Below are positions 25,346 to 39,600 of a stretch of DNA of 64,000 nucleotides, piece after piece. The notes under the pieces are model-generated. The model did no database searches. It was not told the origin of the DNA and worked only from the letters and a program-made list of their open reading frames with translations. Each line of letters starts with the position of its first letter. Positions within the stretch are counted from its first letter, which is position 1. The stretch comes from Eledone cirrhosa (lineage: Eukaryota): the NCBI GenBank assembly GCA_964016885.1, contig OZ024753.1:42284001-42348000 (forward strand). The letters are read 5' to 3'. The position numbers and the translations under genes are program-made.

Positions 25346-25551
25346 TTAACCCTTTAGCATTTAAACCAGCCATATCCGGCCAGAATTCACTTATCTCTTT
25401 CTGTTCAAACTGGCTACTCATACAGATGTTAAGGTATTGTTCTTAAAATAAATAATATCGAAATCTCATAGATTCGATATTATGTGAAGTAAAGCCTTTA
25501 CCACAAAAATACAATAGTATATATAGAGTAATGTAAATGCTAAAGGGTTAA
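25346..25551. mobile_element. TTAA-flanked piggyBac-like MITE (~200 bp; representative of >10 copies)
   Basis: ttaa|ccctttagcattta ... taaatgctaaaggg|ttaa. Other full or partial copies lie at ~37397-37930 (tandem), 38785-38950, 39134-39343, 41110-41620 (SINE-interrupted), 47705-47910, 49592-49780, 50044-50245, 52404-52572, 62333-62533 and 62951-63146. Confidence 0.85.
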
Positions 25552-25644
25552 TAAACAATAATTTCTTTGTGTGTCGTATATTCTGCTTGACATACATGTC
25601 CAATATACTTAAGATGTTGTGAATAGATGAAGTTTTGTAAGGGA

Positions 25645-25880
25645 GTCTAGTTGTGCGTGGCCTAGTGGTAAGGGTGTTGGACTTATGATCATAATGTCGT
25701 GGGTTAGATTCCTGGACTGGGTTGTTGTGTTGTGTTCTTGAGCAAAAGACTTCATTTCACATTGCCCCAGTATACTCAGCTGAGAATGAGTACCAGCAGT
25801 AATAGTTGGAGGTTTAACCCTGTAATGGACTGGTGTCCTATCCAGGAGGCTCAGAAACAAGGATAAGTCTGATGACAAGC
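25645..25880 (+). mobile_element. tRNA-derived SINE (second family)
   Basis: A/B-box-like tggcctagtgg...gggttagattcc followed by tgttgtgttcttgagcaa. Related copies lie at ~58715-58970 and 41905-42335. Confidence 0.75.
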
Positions 25881-26310
25881 CTTTAGAGATTTTAGACTTT
25901 TCTTTTACTATATAACTGTCACTTATTCACCCACTTCAGTGAGATGGAAAAACTAGGTTAACTAACAGTTAGTATTCAGCACAGATCTAGTGTATCCTGT
26001 TATAATAACTCTTAACCTTTTTTATACCAACCACCCAGTATCTGCTATATAATACTGTACTACCCATATATATATATATATATCATTTAACATCCATCTT
26101 CCACGCTAGCATGGGTTAGTATATAATACTGTACTACCCATATATATCTTGTTACTGTGTTCTCATTCTCTTAACTCTTGATACCAACCAACAATTGACA
26201 ATGGTTGGTTCTATAAAAAACATTCCTACTATAAAATTATGCTGGATAGATTTAATTTAAGACATTTTTTATTATGTTACAAAAGCTGTCTTTATTATTA
26301 TATATATATA

Positions 26311-26359
<49 letters not shown>

Positions 26360-27652
26360 ATATATATATGTGTGTGTGTGTGTACATATATATATATATA
26401 TGTGTGTGTGTATGTATATATATATATGTGTGTGTGTGTGTGTATATATATATATGTGTGTGTACATATATATGTGTGTGTACATATATATATATATATA
26501 TTAATATATATATAATTAATTTTCATTAATTAATTGAAATACTTGACACTTGAAGAAATTATTTCAAATAAAAAAGTATTTCTTGAAATATTTATGTCAA
26601 CTAAGAAAAACTCATTTTTTTTTTATTCTCTTGGGTAAAGATAAGGATAGGCTTCATGTGGGGTGGTTGTTATACCACAAGTTTAACCAATCAAAAGAAA
26701 TATATTTAAATCTAAAAGACCAAACACTCCTTTATGTGTTATAATTATATATTTTTACACTTTTCAGGACTGTCAATTAATTAATGGAGTATTTTGAGGA
26801 ATGTATTCAAATTATTTCATTAGTAAGAAGATAGAAATGAAATAATTGTAATACATTTAGAATGTATCAAACATCTTGAATTGAAGTTTTCTAAACCCAG
26901 TAGGTAAGTCACATCTCCATTTTCTATACAACATTTTACAATGTATAATATATTTTGAATTGAGGGTTTGTAGATAAGTTGGATGTTGGTTTTTTAAATG
27001 TCTTTTCTCATGTAAAAAGATACGCATTAAGTATGAGTGTATATGGTAAGTCAGCTTTTATTGGTATTAACAAAAAAATGATCATCTCTGCCAAAAGCTT
27101 TAAAAACGTTCCTCATTTGAGATATACAGGGTGTTCCAAAAATGTATCCACGCTTCAATAACATTCTAATAAATATTACCTGTACAGGTAATCAAAGTGT
27201 ATATATATTTTTTATGTGGTTTAAATAACTTCTTGTTAGTTATATGATTTAAGGTGGAGGTTTCTTGTCTGAAGACATTCTGCTGTTCAGCTCTTCTGAG
27301 AGTAGGGTGGGGTAGAGTAGTGTTGGTGACTTTCATTCTTACATGTGCAGACCTGCCACCTTCTAAAAACCCAAACGGGGAGTACATGAAAAAGAGTCCC
27401 CTAAGATGGGGAGAAATGAGGCAAAATGGGGAGATTTTACATAATGAAAGCTATACCCATTTTCACAAGAGAAGACATTGTTCATTGACTCCAAAGCCGG
27501 TGGGAGATCTCTCTGTCCGACGGGGAGAGTTGACAGGTCTGCTCAATATTTGAAATGTTATTCTTATATTCTGTATATATTTACATTGCTGAAATATTTA
27601 AATTTTAATATTGTTATTCTCTATATATTTATATTGTTGTTTTCCAGTAAAA

Positions 27653-30600
27653 ATGAACAACTCTACGATTGCAACCAACCCAGCCATTTCTTCCATCAAT
27701 AATTTATATCCTGCTATTGTTCAGTGTTTTGCCGTTATCTTCGCTGGTTATTGTGCAGGATGGACGAAAATAATTACTTTAAAAACAGGCAAAAGTATTG
27801 GAATTTTTGTCTGGAATTTCTGTTTACCTGCAATGGTATTGCAAGGAATGTGGGAACTACACTGGGAAGAAGTGAACTACAAGTTTATTTGTTGTGTGTT
27901 AGTCTCTAAACTTATCATCTTCTCTTTAGTTGTGCTAATCACATTTATTACCTACCGACCAATTAACTTTGGTTATGCTGGTATCTTTGGTATTTTTACA
28001 ACATGCAGCAATGATTTCGCCCTTGGCTATCCAATATGTAAGTATAACCTTCATCATCATTTAATGTCCATTTTTCACTCTAGCATGGGTTAGAGGAGTT
28101 TATCCCATTAGAGGCATATATAATATATATAGTTGTTGTAAAGTTGCAATAAATGCGTCTCTAGGCGGTATGCCGTTTAAGCACCCGATGCTCACGCGGA
28201 GCAGAGTATATACTTATAGATAACGAGGAATCGGTGATGCATTAAAACACTATTTATTAACATATTACATATGTCTCTCTGACAATCAGCTCAAGGCAGG
28301 ATCTATTATAGATTGAACCTGACTCTGCACTCGCAAGGTCCTCAGATATGTTTATCGTTTTCATTCCTTGAAAACGATAAACATATCTGAGGACCTTGTC
28401 AGGTCAGGTTCAATCTATAATAGAGCCTGCCTTGAGCTGATTGTCGGAGAAACATATGTAATATGTTAATAAATAGTGTTTTAATGCATCACTGATTTCT
28501 TGTTACCTATAATGATATATACAGTTTTTTTTTAGAAGAGCAAATTCTATATTATATCAAAGCGTTTTAATATTTTGACCTTCACCTCATTGTTTTCTTG
28601 CAGTGAAAGCCTTATACGGTGAAAAGTCAATATACCTGAAATATATCTACCTCTTTGCTCCCATATCGTTGGCATTAATCAACCCTATCTGTTTTGTTCT
28701 CATGGAAATACATAAAAAACGAAATCCTGCTAATTTTCAAGAAAAGAAGAAACAGCCTTATGTATCTTTAATGGTTCTTCTAGATGTAATCAAGAACCCA
28801 ATTGTATTGATGACCATATTAGGAATGATCTTCAACGTACTCTTTAAACAAACCATTCCTATCATTATAAAGAATATTCTAAGTGTGTTAGGTAAGTGAA
28901 CATCTAAATATTCTCCCTTCTTCTCCTTCTTCCATTTATTCCTGAGAGGGTCGAGGGATGGGAAGAGTCCTGTCGGAAGCAACCGTCTCCAACTGGATCC
29001 CCCAAGTGGGACCAGCTGAACTCATGGATATTATCCAACCATCTTGCCCAGGGTCTACCTCTGGGTCTCATGCTGGTTGGTTTTGCTCATAAAACCAGAT
29101 ACATGGGAATATAGTGTAAACCAGGTACACCTGTATAAGTTTGTTCACCTGTTGATGAAATAAATACATTTAAACTCAAATTTCAAGATCAATATACTTT
29201 ATTTTCAATTATAGAAGACTATTTTAAACTTTAGTTATTCAATATTTTTTTCTTGTATTTTATATTGATTTTTTTTCTTTTCCACAGGTAATGCATTTGC
29301 TGCATCTGCTCTCTTCTACCTGGGCCTCAACCTGGTTGGAAAGACTAAGAACCAACTTGGTATCCAATTAGCTGTACCATTTTTACTGGTTCTTGCTAAG
29401 ACGTAGGTGTAGAGTTTTTTTAATTTTTTTTTTATTTCATAAAAAGAAAAAAAATTGCTGAATAATCCCTTGAGTCTCTCCAGGTAGAGCCACTACTTCT
29501 CCTAATTGAGTCTCTCCAGGTAGAGCTGTTATTTCTCCTAATTGAGAGTCTCTCCAGGTAGAGCCACTACTTCTCCTAATTGAGTCTCTCCAGGTAGAGC
29601 TGTTACTTCTCCTAATTGAGAGTCTCTCCAGGTAGAGCCACTACTTCTCCTAATTGAGTCTCTCCAGGTAGAGCTGTTACTTCTCCTAATTGAGTCTCTC
29701 CAGGTAGAGCTGTTATTTCTCCTAATTGAGAGTCTCTCCAGGTAGAGCTGTTACTTCTCCTAATTGAGTCTCTCCAGGTAGAGCCACTACTTCTCCTAAT
29801 TGAGTCTCTCCAGGTAGAGCCACTACTTCTCCTAATTGAGTCTCTCCAGGTAGAGCTGTTACTTCTCCTAATTGAGTCTCTCCAGGTAGAGCCACTACTT
29901 CTCCTAATTGAGTCTCTCCAGGTAGAGCCACTACTTCTCCTAATTGAGTCTCTCCAGGTAGAGCTGTTACTTCTCCTAATTGAGTCTCTCCAGGTAGAGC
30001 CACTACTTCTCCTAATTGAGTCTCTCCAGGTAGAGCCACTACTTCTCCTAATTGAGTCTCTCCAGGTAGAGCTGTTACTTCTCCTAATTGAGTCTCTCCA
30101 GGTAGAGCCACTACTTCTCCTAATTGAGTCTCTCCAGGTAGAGCCACTACTTCTCCTAATTGAGTCTCTCCAGGTAGAGCTGTTACTTCTCCTAATTGAG
30201 TCTCTCCAGGTAGAGCCACTACTTCTCCTAATTGAGTCTCTCCAGGTAGAGCTGTTACTTCTCCTAATTGAGTCTCTCCAGGTAGAGCCACTACTTCTCC
30301 TAATTGAGTCTCTCCAGATAGAGCTGTTACTTCTCCTAATTGAGTCTCTCCAGGTAGAGCTGCTACTTCTCCTAATTGAGTCTCTCCAGGTAGAGCTGCT
30401 ACTTCTCCTAATTGAGTCTCTCCAGGTAGAGCTGCTACTTCTCCTAATTGAGTCTCTCCAGATAGAGCTGTTACTTCTCCTAATTGAGTCTCTCCAGGTA
30501 GAGCCACTACTTCTCCTAATTGAGTCTCTCCAGGTAGAGCTGTTACTTCTCCTAATTGAGTCTCTCCAGGTAGAGCCACTACTTCTCCTAATTGAGTCTC

Positions 30601-33600
30601 TCCAGGTAGAGCTGTTACTTCTCCTAATTGAGTCTCTCCAGGTAGAGCTGCTACTTCTCCTAATTGAGTCTCTCCAGGTAGAGCTGCTACTTCTCCTAAT
30701 TGAGTCTCTCCAGATAGAGCTGTTACTTCTCCTAATTGAGTCTCTCCAGGTAGAGCCACTACTTCTCCTAATTGAGTCTCTCCAGGTAGAGCTGCTACTT
30801 CTCCTAATTGAGAGTCTCTCCAGGTAGAGCCACTACTTCTCCTAATTGAGTCTCTCCAGGTAGAGCTGCTACTTCTCCTAATTGAGTCTCTCCAGGTAGA
30901 GCCACTACTTCTCTTAATTGAGTCTCTCCAGGTAGAGCCACTACTTCTCCTAATTGAGTCTCTCCAGGTAGAGCTGCTACTTCTCCTAATTGAGTCTCTC
31001 CAGGTAGAGCCACTACTTCTCCTAATTGAGTCTCTCCAGGTAGAGCCACTACTTCTCTTAATTGAGTCTCTCCAGGTAGAGCCACTACTTCTCCTAATTG
31101 AGTCTCTCCAGGTAGAGCTGCTACTTCTCCTAATTGAGTCTCTCCAGGTAGAGCCACTACTTCTCTTAATTGAGTCTCTCCAGGTAGAGCCACTACTTCT
31201 CCTAATTGAGTCTCTCCAGGTAGAGCCACTACTTCTCCTAATTGAGTCTCTCCAGGTAGAGCCACTACTTCTCTTAATTGAGTCTCTCCAGGTAGAGCCA
31301 CTACTTCTCCTAATTGAGTCTCTCCAGGTAGAGCTGCTACTTCTCCTAATTGAGTCTCTCCAGGTAGAGCCACTACTTCTCCTAATTGAGTCTCTCCAGG
31401 TAGAGCCACTACTTCTCTTAATTGAGTCTCTCCAGGTAGAGCCACTACTTCTCCTAATTGAGTCTCTCCAGGTAGAGCTGCTACTTCTCCTAATTGAGTC
31501 TCTCCAGGTAGAGCCACTACTTCTCCTAATTGAGAGTCTCTCCAGGTAGAGCCACTACTTCTCCTAATTGAGTCTCTCCAGGTAGAGCCACTACTTCTCC
31601 TAATTGAGTCTCTCCAGGTAGAGCCACTACTTCTCCTAATTGAGTCTCTCCAGGTAGAGCTGTTACTTCTCCTAATTGAGTCTCTCCAGGTAGAGCCACT
31701 ACTTCTCCTAATTGAGTCTCTCCAGGTAGAGCCACTACTTCTCCTAATTGAGTCTCTCCAGGTAGAGCTGTTACTTCTCCTAATTGAGTCTCTCCAGGTA
31801 GAGCCACTACTTCTCCTAATTGAGTCTCTCCAGGTAGAGCCACTACTTCTCCTAATTGAGTCTCTCCAGGTAGAGCTGTTACTTCTCCTAATTGAGTCTC
31901 TCCAGGTAGAGCCACTACTTCTCCTAATTGAGTCTCTCCAGGTAGAGCCACTACTTCTCCTAATTGAGTCTCTCCAGGTAGAGCTGTTACTTCTCCTAAT
32001 TGAGTCTCTCCAGGTAGAGCTGTTACTTCTCCTAATTGAGTCTCTCCAGGTAGAGCCACTACTTCTCCTAATTGAGTCTCTCCAGATAGAGCTGTTACTT
32101 CTCCTAATTGAGTCTCTCCAGGTAGAGCTGCTACTTCTCCTAATTGAGTCTCTCCAGGTAGAGCTGCTACTTCTCCTAATTGAGTCTCTCCAGGTAGAGC
32201 CACTACTTCTCCTAATTGAGTCTCTCCAGATAGAGCTGTTACTTCTCCTAATTGAGTCTCTCCAGGTAGAGCCACTACTTCTCCTAATTGAGTCTCTCCA
32301 GGTAGAGCTGCTACTTCTCCTAATTGAGAGTCTCTCCAGGTAGAGCCACTACTTCTCCTAATTGAGTCTCTCCAGGTAGAGCTGCTACTTCTCCTAATTG
32401 AGTCTCTCCAGGTAGAGCCACTACTTCTCCTAATTGAGTCTCTCCAGGTAGAGCTGCTACTTCTCCTAATTGAGTCTCTCCAGGTAGAGCCACTACTTCT
32501 CCTAATTGAGTCTCTCCAGGTAGAGCCACTACTTCTCCTAATTGAGTCTCTCCAGGTAGAGCTGCTACTTCTCCTAATTGAGAGTCTCTCCAGGTAGAGC
32601 CACTACTTCTCCTAATTGAGTCTCTCCAGGTAGAGCCACTACTTCTCCTAATTGAGTCTCTCCAGGTAGAGCTGCTACTTCTCCTAATTGAGTCTCTCCA
32701 GGTAGAGCCACTACTTCTCCTAATTGAGTCTCTCCAGGTAGAGCCACTACTTCTCCTAATTGAGTCTCTCCAGGTAGAGCTGCTACTTCTCCTAATTGAG
32801 TCTCTCCAGGTAGAGCCACTACTTCTCCTAATTGAGTCTCTCCAGGTAGAGCTGCTACTTCTCCTAATTGAGTCTCTCCAGGTAGAGCCACTACTTCTCC
32901 TAATTGAGTCTCTCCAGGTAGAGCTGTTACTTCTCCTAATTGAGTCTCTCCAGGTAGAGCCACTACTTCTCCTAATTGAGTCTCTCCAGGTAGAGCCACT
33001 ACTTCTCCTAATTGAGTCTCTCCAGGTAGAGCTGTTACTTCTCCTAATTGAGTCTCTCCAGGTAGAGCCACTACTTCTCCTAATTGAGAGTCTCTCCAGG
33101 TAGAGCCACTACTTCTCCTAATTGAGTCTCTCCAGGTAGAGCCACTACTTCTCCTAATTGAGTCTCTCCAGGTAGAGCTGTTACTTCTCCTAATTGAGTC
33201 TCTCCAGGTAGAGCCACTACTTCTCCTAATTGAGTCTCTCCAGGTAGAGCTGCTACTTCTCCTAATTGAGAGTCTCTCCAGGTAGAGCTGCTACTTCTCC
33301 TAATTGAGTCTCTCCAGGTAGAGCCACTACTTCTCCTAATTGAGAGTCTCTCCAGGTAGAGCCACTACTTCTCCTAATTGAGTCTCTCCAGGTAGAGCCA
33401 CTACTTCTCCTAATTGAGTCTCTCCAGGTAGAGCCACTACTTCTCCTAATTGAGTCTCTCCAGGTAGAGCCACTACTTCTCCTAATTGAGTCTCTCCAGG
33501 TAGAGCCACTACTTCTCCTAATTGAGTCTCTCCAGGTAGAGCTGCTACTTCTCCTAATTGAGAGTCTCTCCAGGTAGAGCCACTACTTCTCCTAATTGAG

Positions 33601-36600
33601 TCTCTCCAGGTAGAGCTGTTACTTCTCCTAATTGAGTCTCTCCAGATAGAGCCACTACTTCTCCTAATTGAGTCTCTCCAGGTAGAGCTGTTACTTCTCC
33701 TAATTGAGTCTCTCCAGGTAGAGCTGCTACTTCTCCTAATTGAGTCTCTCCAGGTAGAGCTGTTACTTCTCCTAATTGAGAGTCTCTCCAGGTAGAGCTG
33801 CTACTTCTCCTAATTGAGTCTCTCCAGGTAGAGCTGCTACTTCTCCTAATTGAGTCTCTCCAGGTAGAGCCACTACTTCTCCTAATTGAGTCTCTCCAGG
33901 TAGAGCTGTTCTTTGAATTGAGACATCACAGCCAACAGACAAACATAGAGAAATAGATAGACAGACTGTCACAGGTAGATTGACAGACATATAAATACTT
34001 GTATATTGTTTGTTTTTATTGTATTAAGTTGTTAACTTGAATTTTCCTCTATTTTCAGCCTGTTGTTGCCATTAGTAACCTGGCAGGTAATCAATATAGT
34101 TAAACCTGGTTCCAATACCAATGAAACTAGTGAACTGAGTATGAATGGTTTTCTATACGGGACTTTCCCCACAGCTCCATCAGCCTTTATCTACGCCAGC
34201 CAGTATTCTATTGCTACTAGTATTGTAAGTTGACCAGTTTCTTGGGGTCTGTTCTTTTTCTTTCTTGTTGTTGCCATTGCCATCATCATCATCACCAACA
34301 GCTTTGCCACCTTCACCACCACTAATAGCACCTTCTCCAACACCACCACCATAACTTGTCTTGTTATGAGACAAGTCAGATCAAATGACCATGCCTTGCT
34401 CATACAGAACTGTCTTTGGCTTGGTGTAAATATTTCTTTTCTTTTCTCAGAGATATATCTTTATACCATTCCAGATTGCCAGTGGTTTAGTATTATGTAC
34501 AATTATCTCCGCTCCATTGATGTTCATCTCTGCTAGAATGATGACAGTTCTATCTCATCATCCTTCCATTTATACAAAGATTATTAGAGACACCACGTTT
34601 GATATCAGTACACTTTCTCTTATTTGTTGTGTAAGTAAATTATTTTGTTTTTCCTTATTATTTTTTTATATTAAATATTGTGTTATGGGTAGTTATATAA
34701 TTGTTTCTACTTTAGGCACAAGGCCAGCAATTACCCAGTGCATTACTGGTACTTTATTTTATCGACCCCCGTAAGGATGAAAGGCAAAGTCAACCTCGGT
34801 GGGATTTGAACTCAGATCGTAAAGGGCCGTAACTCTTTGCTGAAAAGCATGGCGTCCGACCCTCTACCGATACTGCCAATCCACCGCTATATTATAATGG
34901 CGGTGAATTGGCAGAGTTGTTAGAACATTGGATGGAATATTTTGCCGTTTTCATTCCAACTCTCTGCTCTCTGAGTTCAAATCCTGCCGAGGTTGATAAA
35001 AAAAGTACCAGTCATGTACTGAGGTCAATTCTTCCTCTATATCTCTTCCTCATTTCCATTCTCTCACTCTTTTATCCTTTACTAGAAATCTGCTGTATTC
35101 CAACCTGGAGAGGAGATGGCCTCTGCCAGGTTTAAAAATGCTCCAGCAACGCCTTATGTCAATACGGCACCCTTACGACTCCTTCAGGAGTTACAAGACC
35201 ATGCATGTTGTTGGTGGCACACCTTACTGAAGTATCTAGCTATTCCAACAGTATAGCCTCACTATCACTTGCAGTAATGTGTGCTTGGCTATTCCAGCAT
35301 CTTAGTCTTGCTATCACTTATGTTGTAGTGTATAAATCAGTTTGTTTCCTCTCCTTTTTTCTTTCTATTTTATCCATGATTAATTTCTATTAATTTATTT
35401 TGTCAATCATATTTATTATACTGTTTTTATCAACCTTCAATGTATGAAAGGCAAAGTTGACTTCATACAGGATGTTAAGAGTTAACTAAATATTTTCTTT
35501 ATATTAAAGGTATGGATTTGTGTGGTATTTATTATCAGCCGTCGTTGGAAGAAAGCTCCACACCTGTTTACCTTATGTCTAGTTATTTCTCAGGTAAGCA
35601 ATATTATCGAGAATGTCTAGAATGGTTCTCTTCTATTCTGATTTCAAATTCTGTCAAACAGTAACCCTAAACAAATTAAACCATTTCTGTGAAAACTATT
35701 TTCATGGGTCAACTTTTTAAGATGAATCCACTCTGTTTCAGTTAATGAAGAATTTTAAGAGATTTACTGAAATTATTAATTATTTCATTACCAAAATTGT
35801 AACTTAACATATGATCCTTATATAAAATTATTTTGCAAGATTTTAATTTAAATAGGAATTCTTTAAAAAGGGCAAAGTTGGTATCTAGACTTAAAACTCC
35901 ATCTACTTTTACCATTCCAGATATTTAGTGCTATTGGGATGATCTGCTGTCATTCTGACCATAAAGCTTTCCACTGGCAGCATTACATTGAATTTATTTT
36001 TATCAATGTTGGTGATTTGTCTTCAAATAGTTGGACCTGTCTCCTCAGCATCTCCATTTGTATTCTACGAACTCAACAGAAAACAGAATGGTTACTAAAC
36101 CGTTTCTTGTTTTCTCTGATTGGATTTGGGTAAGTTATTCCTCTTGTTTAAAAATTGGTTCTTAGAAAAAACCAAACCTCATTTTGTTATCATTGGTGCC
36201 ATGATAAAATGCACCCTGTACTCTCTGTAAAGTGTCTGTGCTGGTAGCATGATAAAACACCCAGTACACTCTATAAATTAGTAGTGTTGGTGCCATGACA
36301 AAACACAGCCAGTACACTCTATAAAGTAATAGTGTTGGTGATATTGTTGTTGATTGAGCAATAAAGAAACTATTAAAATCCTAATAAACCTTTCTCTTTT
36401 GTTAGACTTCCAGTTTTCCTGACCGGAATCCTCTTCTTGCTCAGTTGGAAGTATTATTCTGTTGGTCTAGATCCTACTCTACAATATGGTCTCATTCAGG
36501 TATCTCATTTCTTTTATACATCATCACCACTGTATGTTCCCTTTCCATGCTGGTATGGAGGTCATTGGGTTATCATGGTCCATGATTATACCTCATACGT

Positions 36601-39600
36601 TCCATATCTGGCAGTGTTTCTACAGCTGGGTACCTTTCCAATTATACTGAGTGTAATTTACCATGACACCAGCACTAGGGAGGTTGTCATGTCCTTGACA
36701 TAATTGAAGGGTTCTTTCAACCCTTTGTTTGGCATGGTTTCTAAAGCTGGATACCCTTCTTTACACCAACTGCTTTACTGAATGTACTGGGTACATTTCA
36801 TCATGGAACCAACACTAGAGAGGTTGTCTTTTGAAGCCTTTATTTGACATGGTTTCTACAGCTCAATGCCCCTCCTAACACTAACCATTTTACAGAGTGT
36901 ATTGGGTGTATTTTATTATGTTACCAACACTAGAGAAGTTGTCATATCCTCGGCACAACACAAGAGCTCTCTCAACCCATTATTTGGCAACTTTATATCC
37001 TACAAAGCTGTTACTTTGCTAGATTTTTCTCTTGTCTATTGTTTATTTTCATATTTCTCTCTTTCTAGATAGTGATAAAGTTTATAATCCTCCTGGTATC
37101 AATATCAGTGACCAGTGCTGGCTTAATTATTGGTCATCGTAAACAAAAAGACAAATACCAGCTTGTATCTTCCAAACATAATCAATCTGAAAGATCTGAA
37201 CATGCAGAGTTTAACAATTCAATACAAGAAACTTTACCAACATCTAGTATTAATAACACTGCTGAGGTGAATCATTTCTTTGAAATTGAAAACCACACAA
37301 AACAAACAGGTACACATTGTTTAATTCTTTTGTAACCATCCACCCCCTATACCTGAAACCATCCCTCGTTTCACTATACTAAGCTGTTTATTATGTTTAA
37401 TCCTTTTGCATTTACATTACTCTATATATACTATAATATTTTCACGGTAAAGGCTTTACCTCACATAATATCGAATCTACGAGATTTTGAGAACCATACC
37501 TTAACATCAGTATGAGTGGCTGGTTACAGCTGATTTGAACAGAAAGAGGTGAGAGAATTCTGGCCGGTTTAAATAATAAAGGGTTAACCCTTTAGCATTT
37601 ACATTACTCTATATTTACTATTTCACGTAATATATTGAATTATGAGAACAATCAATACCTTAACATCAGTATGAGCAGCCAGTTATGGTTGGTTTGAAGA
37701 GAAAGAGGTGAGAGAATTCTGGCCGGTTTAAATAATAAAGGGTTAACCCTTTAGCATTTACATTACTCTATATTTACTATTTCACGTAATATATTGAATT
37801 ATGAGATTTAGATATTTATTTTGAGATCAATACCTTAACATCAGTATGAGCAGCCAGTTATGGTTGGTTTGAAGAGAAAGAGGTGAGAGAATTCTGGCTG
37901 GATATGGCAGTTTAAAGGCTAAAGGGTTAATTCTTTTGTAGCCACCCTCTATACCTGAATCTACCATTAGTTTTACTATATTAAGCTGTTCATATTAATT
38001 TTTATTTAAGAACTTTTGTTGAGAGATATGTTTTACCAAATTATATAAAAATATATGAATTTCTTTCAGATTTAAATTTTTCAAGCCTTGAAGAACAACA
38101 TATAGAAGATTTTGATTTATCAAATCCTCTGGAACTGAATGATTCCAGGGTCCATCTTCTTGAGAATTACTTTCATCCAGAACCTTCTACTGCCAATTCT
38201 GATATTGACAAAATAGAAATTACTTCACAGGAAGAATTACCTGAAGAATCTCTACAAATCTCCAAACATATCATCTTATTATTATATCTTCTGTTTTCTA
38301 TGTGTATAGTAAGTACTGTATAGTATTACATCTAGTTACTATGTAGTATAAGTACTATATAGTATTACATCTCGTTACTATGTAGTATAGTAAGTACTTG
38401 TAGTTCTTAATCACCATCACCGCCATCATTGTTTTTACGTCCATTTTTTCCCATGAGTTAGACATGTCTTTCTCAGTAGAGCATCTCTCCATGTCGTGTT
38501 ACTTTATGATCTCCTCTCTGAGTCTCAGTATTTTTTAATATATTTTCAGTCTCTTTTCTTAAACCTGTGGCGACTGATGAGTGGCAATAAGACAGGAACA
38601 TATGTAGAAGTTGTCTTTCTTCATGGAGTCTTATCAAGTGGCTTGGTAATATACCTCAATATTTAACCCTTTTTCTACCAAACTACCTGAAAACAGACCT
38701 GATTCTGTGATACAAAGCTGTTTGCTCTAAAGTGTTTATATTTACCTAAAAGCCTTCCACTATAATTTTATTTAAGAACCTGTGTTAAACCTTTAGCATT
38801 TAAACCGCCCAAAATGGCCACAACTGGTCACTCATACTAATGTTAAAGTATTGTTCTCAAAATAAATAATATAAAAATCTCAGATTCGATATTATGTGAG
38901 GTAAAGCCTTTACCACAAAAATACAATAGTATATATAGAGTAAAGTAAATGCTATATTCCAAACAGCAGCTTAATAATGAGAAAAGTAATTATACTACTA
39001 AATCTCTCCAAAATTATTTGAAAATAATTAGCAATGTCTATTATTAGAAATATAGTAACAAAGAGATTAAGCTCCCTTAACAAAGACATTTCATGTATTT
39101 TAAAGATGTCTTATCAAAGATATCTTATATATTTTAAACCTTTAGCATTTAAACCAGCCGTCTCTGGCCAAAATTCTCTCACCTCTTTCTGTTCACGCCG
39201 GCTGTAACCAAACACTCATACTGATGTTAAGGTATTGTTCTCAAAATAAATAATGTCAAAACCTCATAGTAAAGGCTTTTATTTCACATAATACTGAATC
39301 TGTGAAAATACAGTAATATATATAATAAATGCTAAAGGGTTAAAGCTGTCATAAACATGTCCTTTTTTCTAACATTTACTGTTTTTGTTAATATTTTTTT
39401 CTTTCTTATTTTAGGGATTTATTTTATTTGTCATTTTTGGTTTTGATGTTAAACTGAGGATCAGACATTTTCTTGCCAGGTAATAATATAATTATTGGTT
39501 TCTTATATAGGCACAAGGCCAGCAATTTTGGGGAAGGGGAAGTCGATTAAATCGACCCCATAAGGATGAAAGGCAAAGTTAACCTCGGCGGGATTTGAAC

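Noticed and set aside
29722-33990. ALPGETQLGEV repeat 'proteins' on the minus strand
   Set aside because: These are antisense translations of an intronic 36-bp VNTR, broken by +2-nt units.
38574-38580. CTGATGA hammerhead-core match
   Set aside because: It lies within a GPR155 coding exon (R-L-M-S) with no flanking stems. The matches at ~25869 and ~39454 likewise lack the fold.
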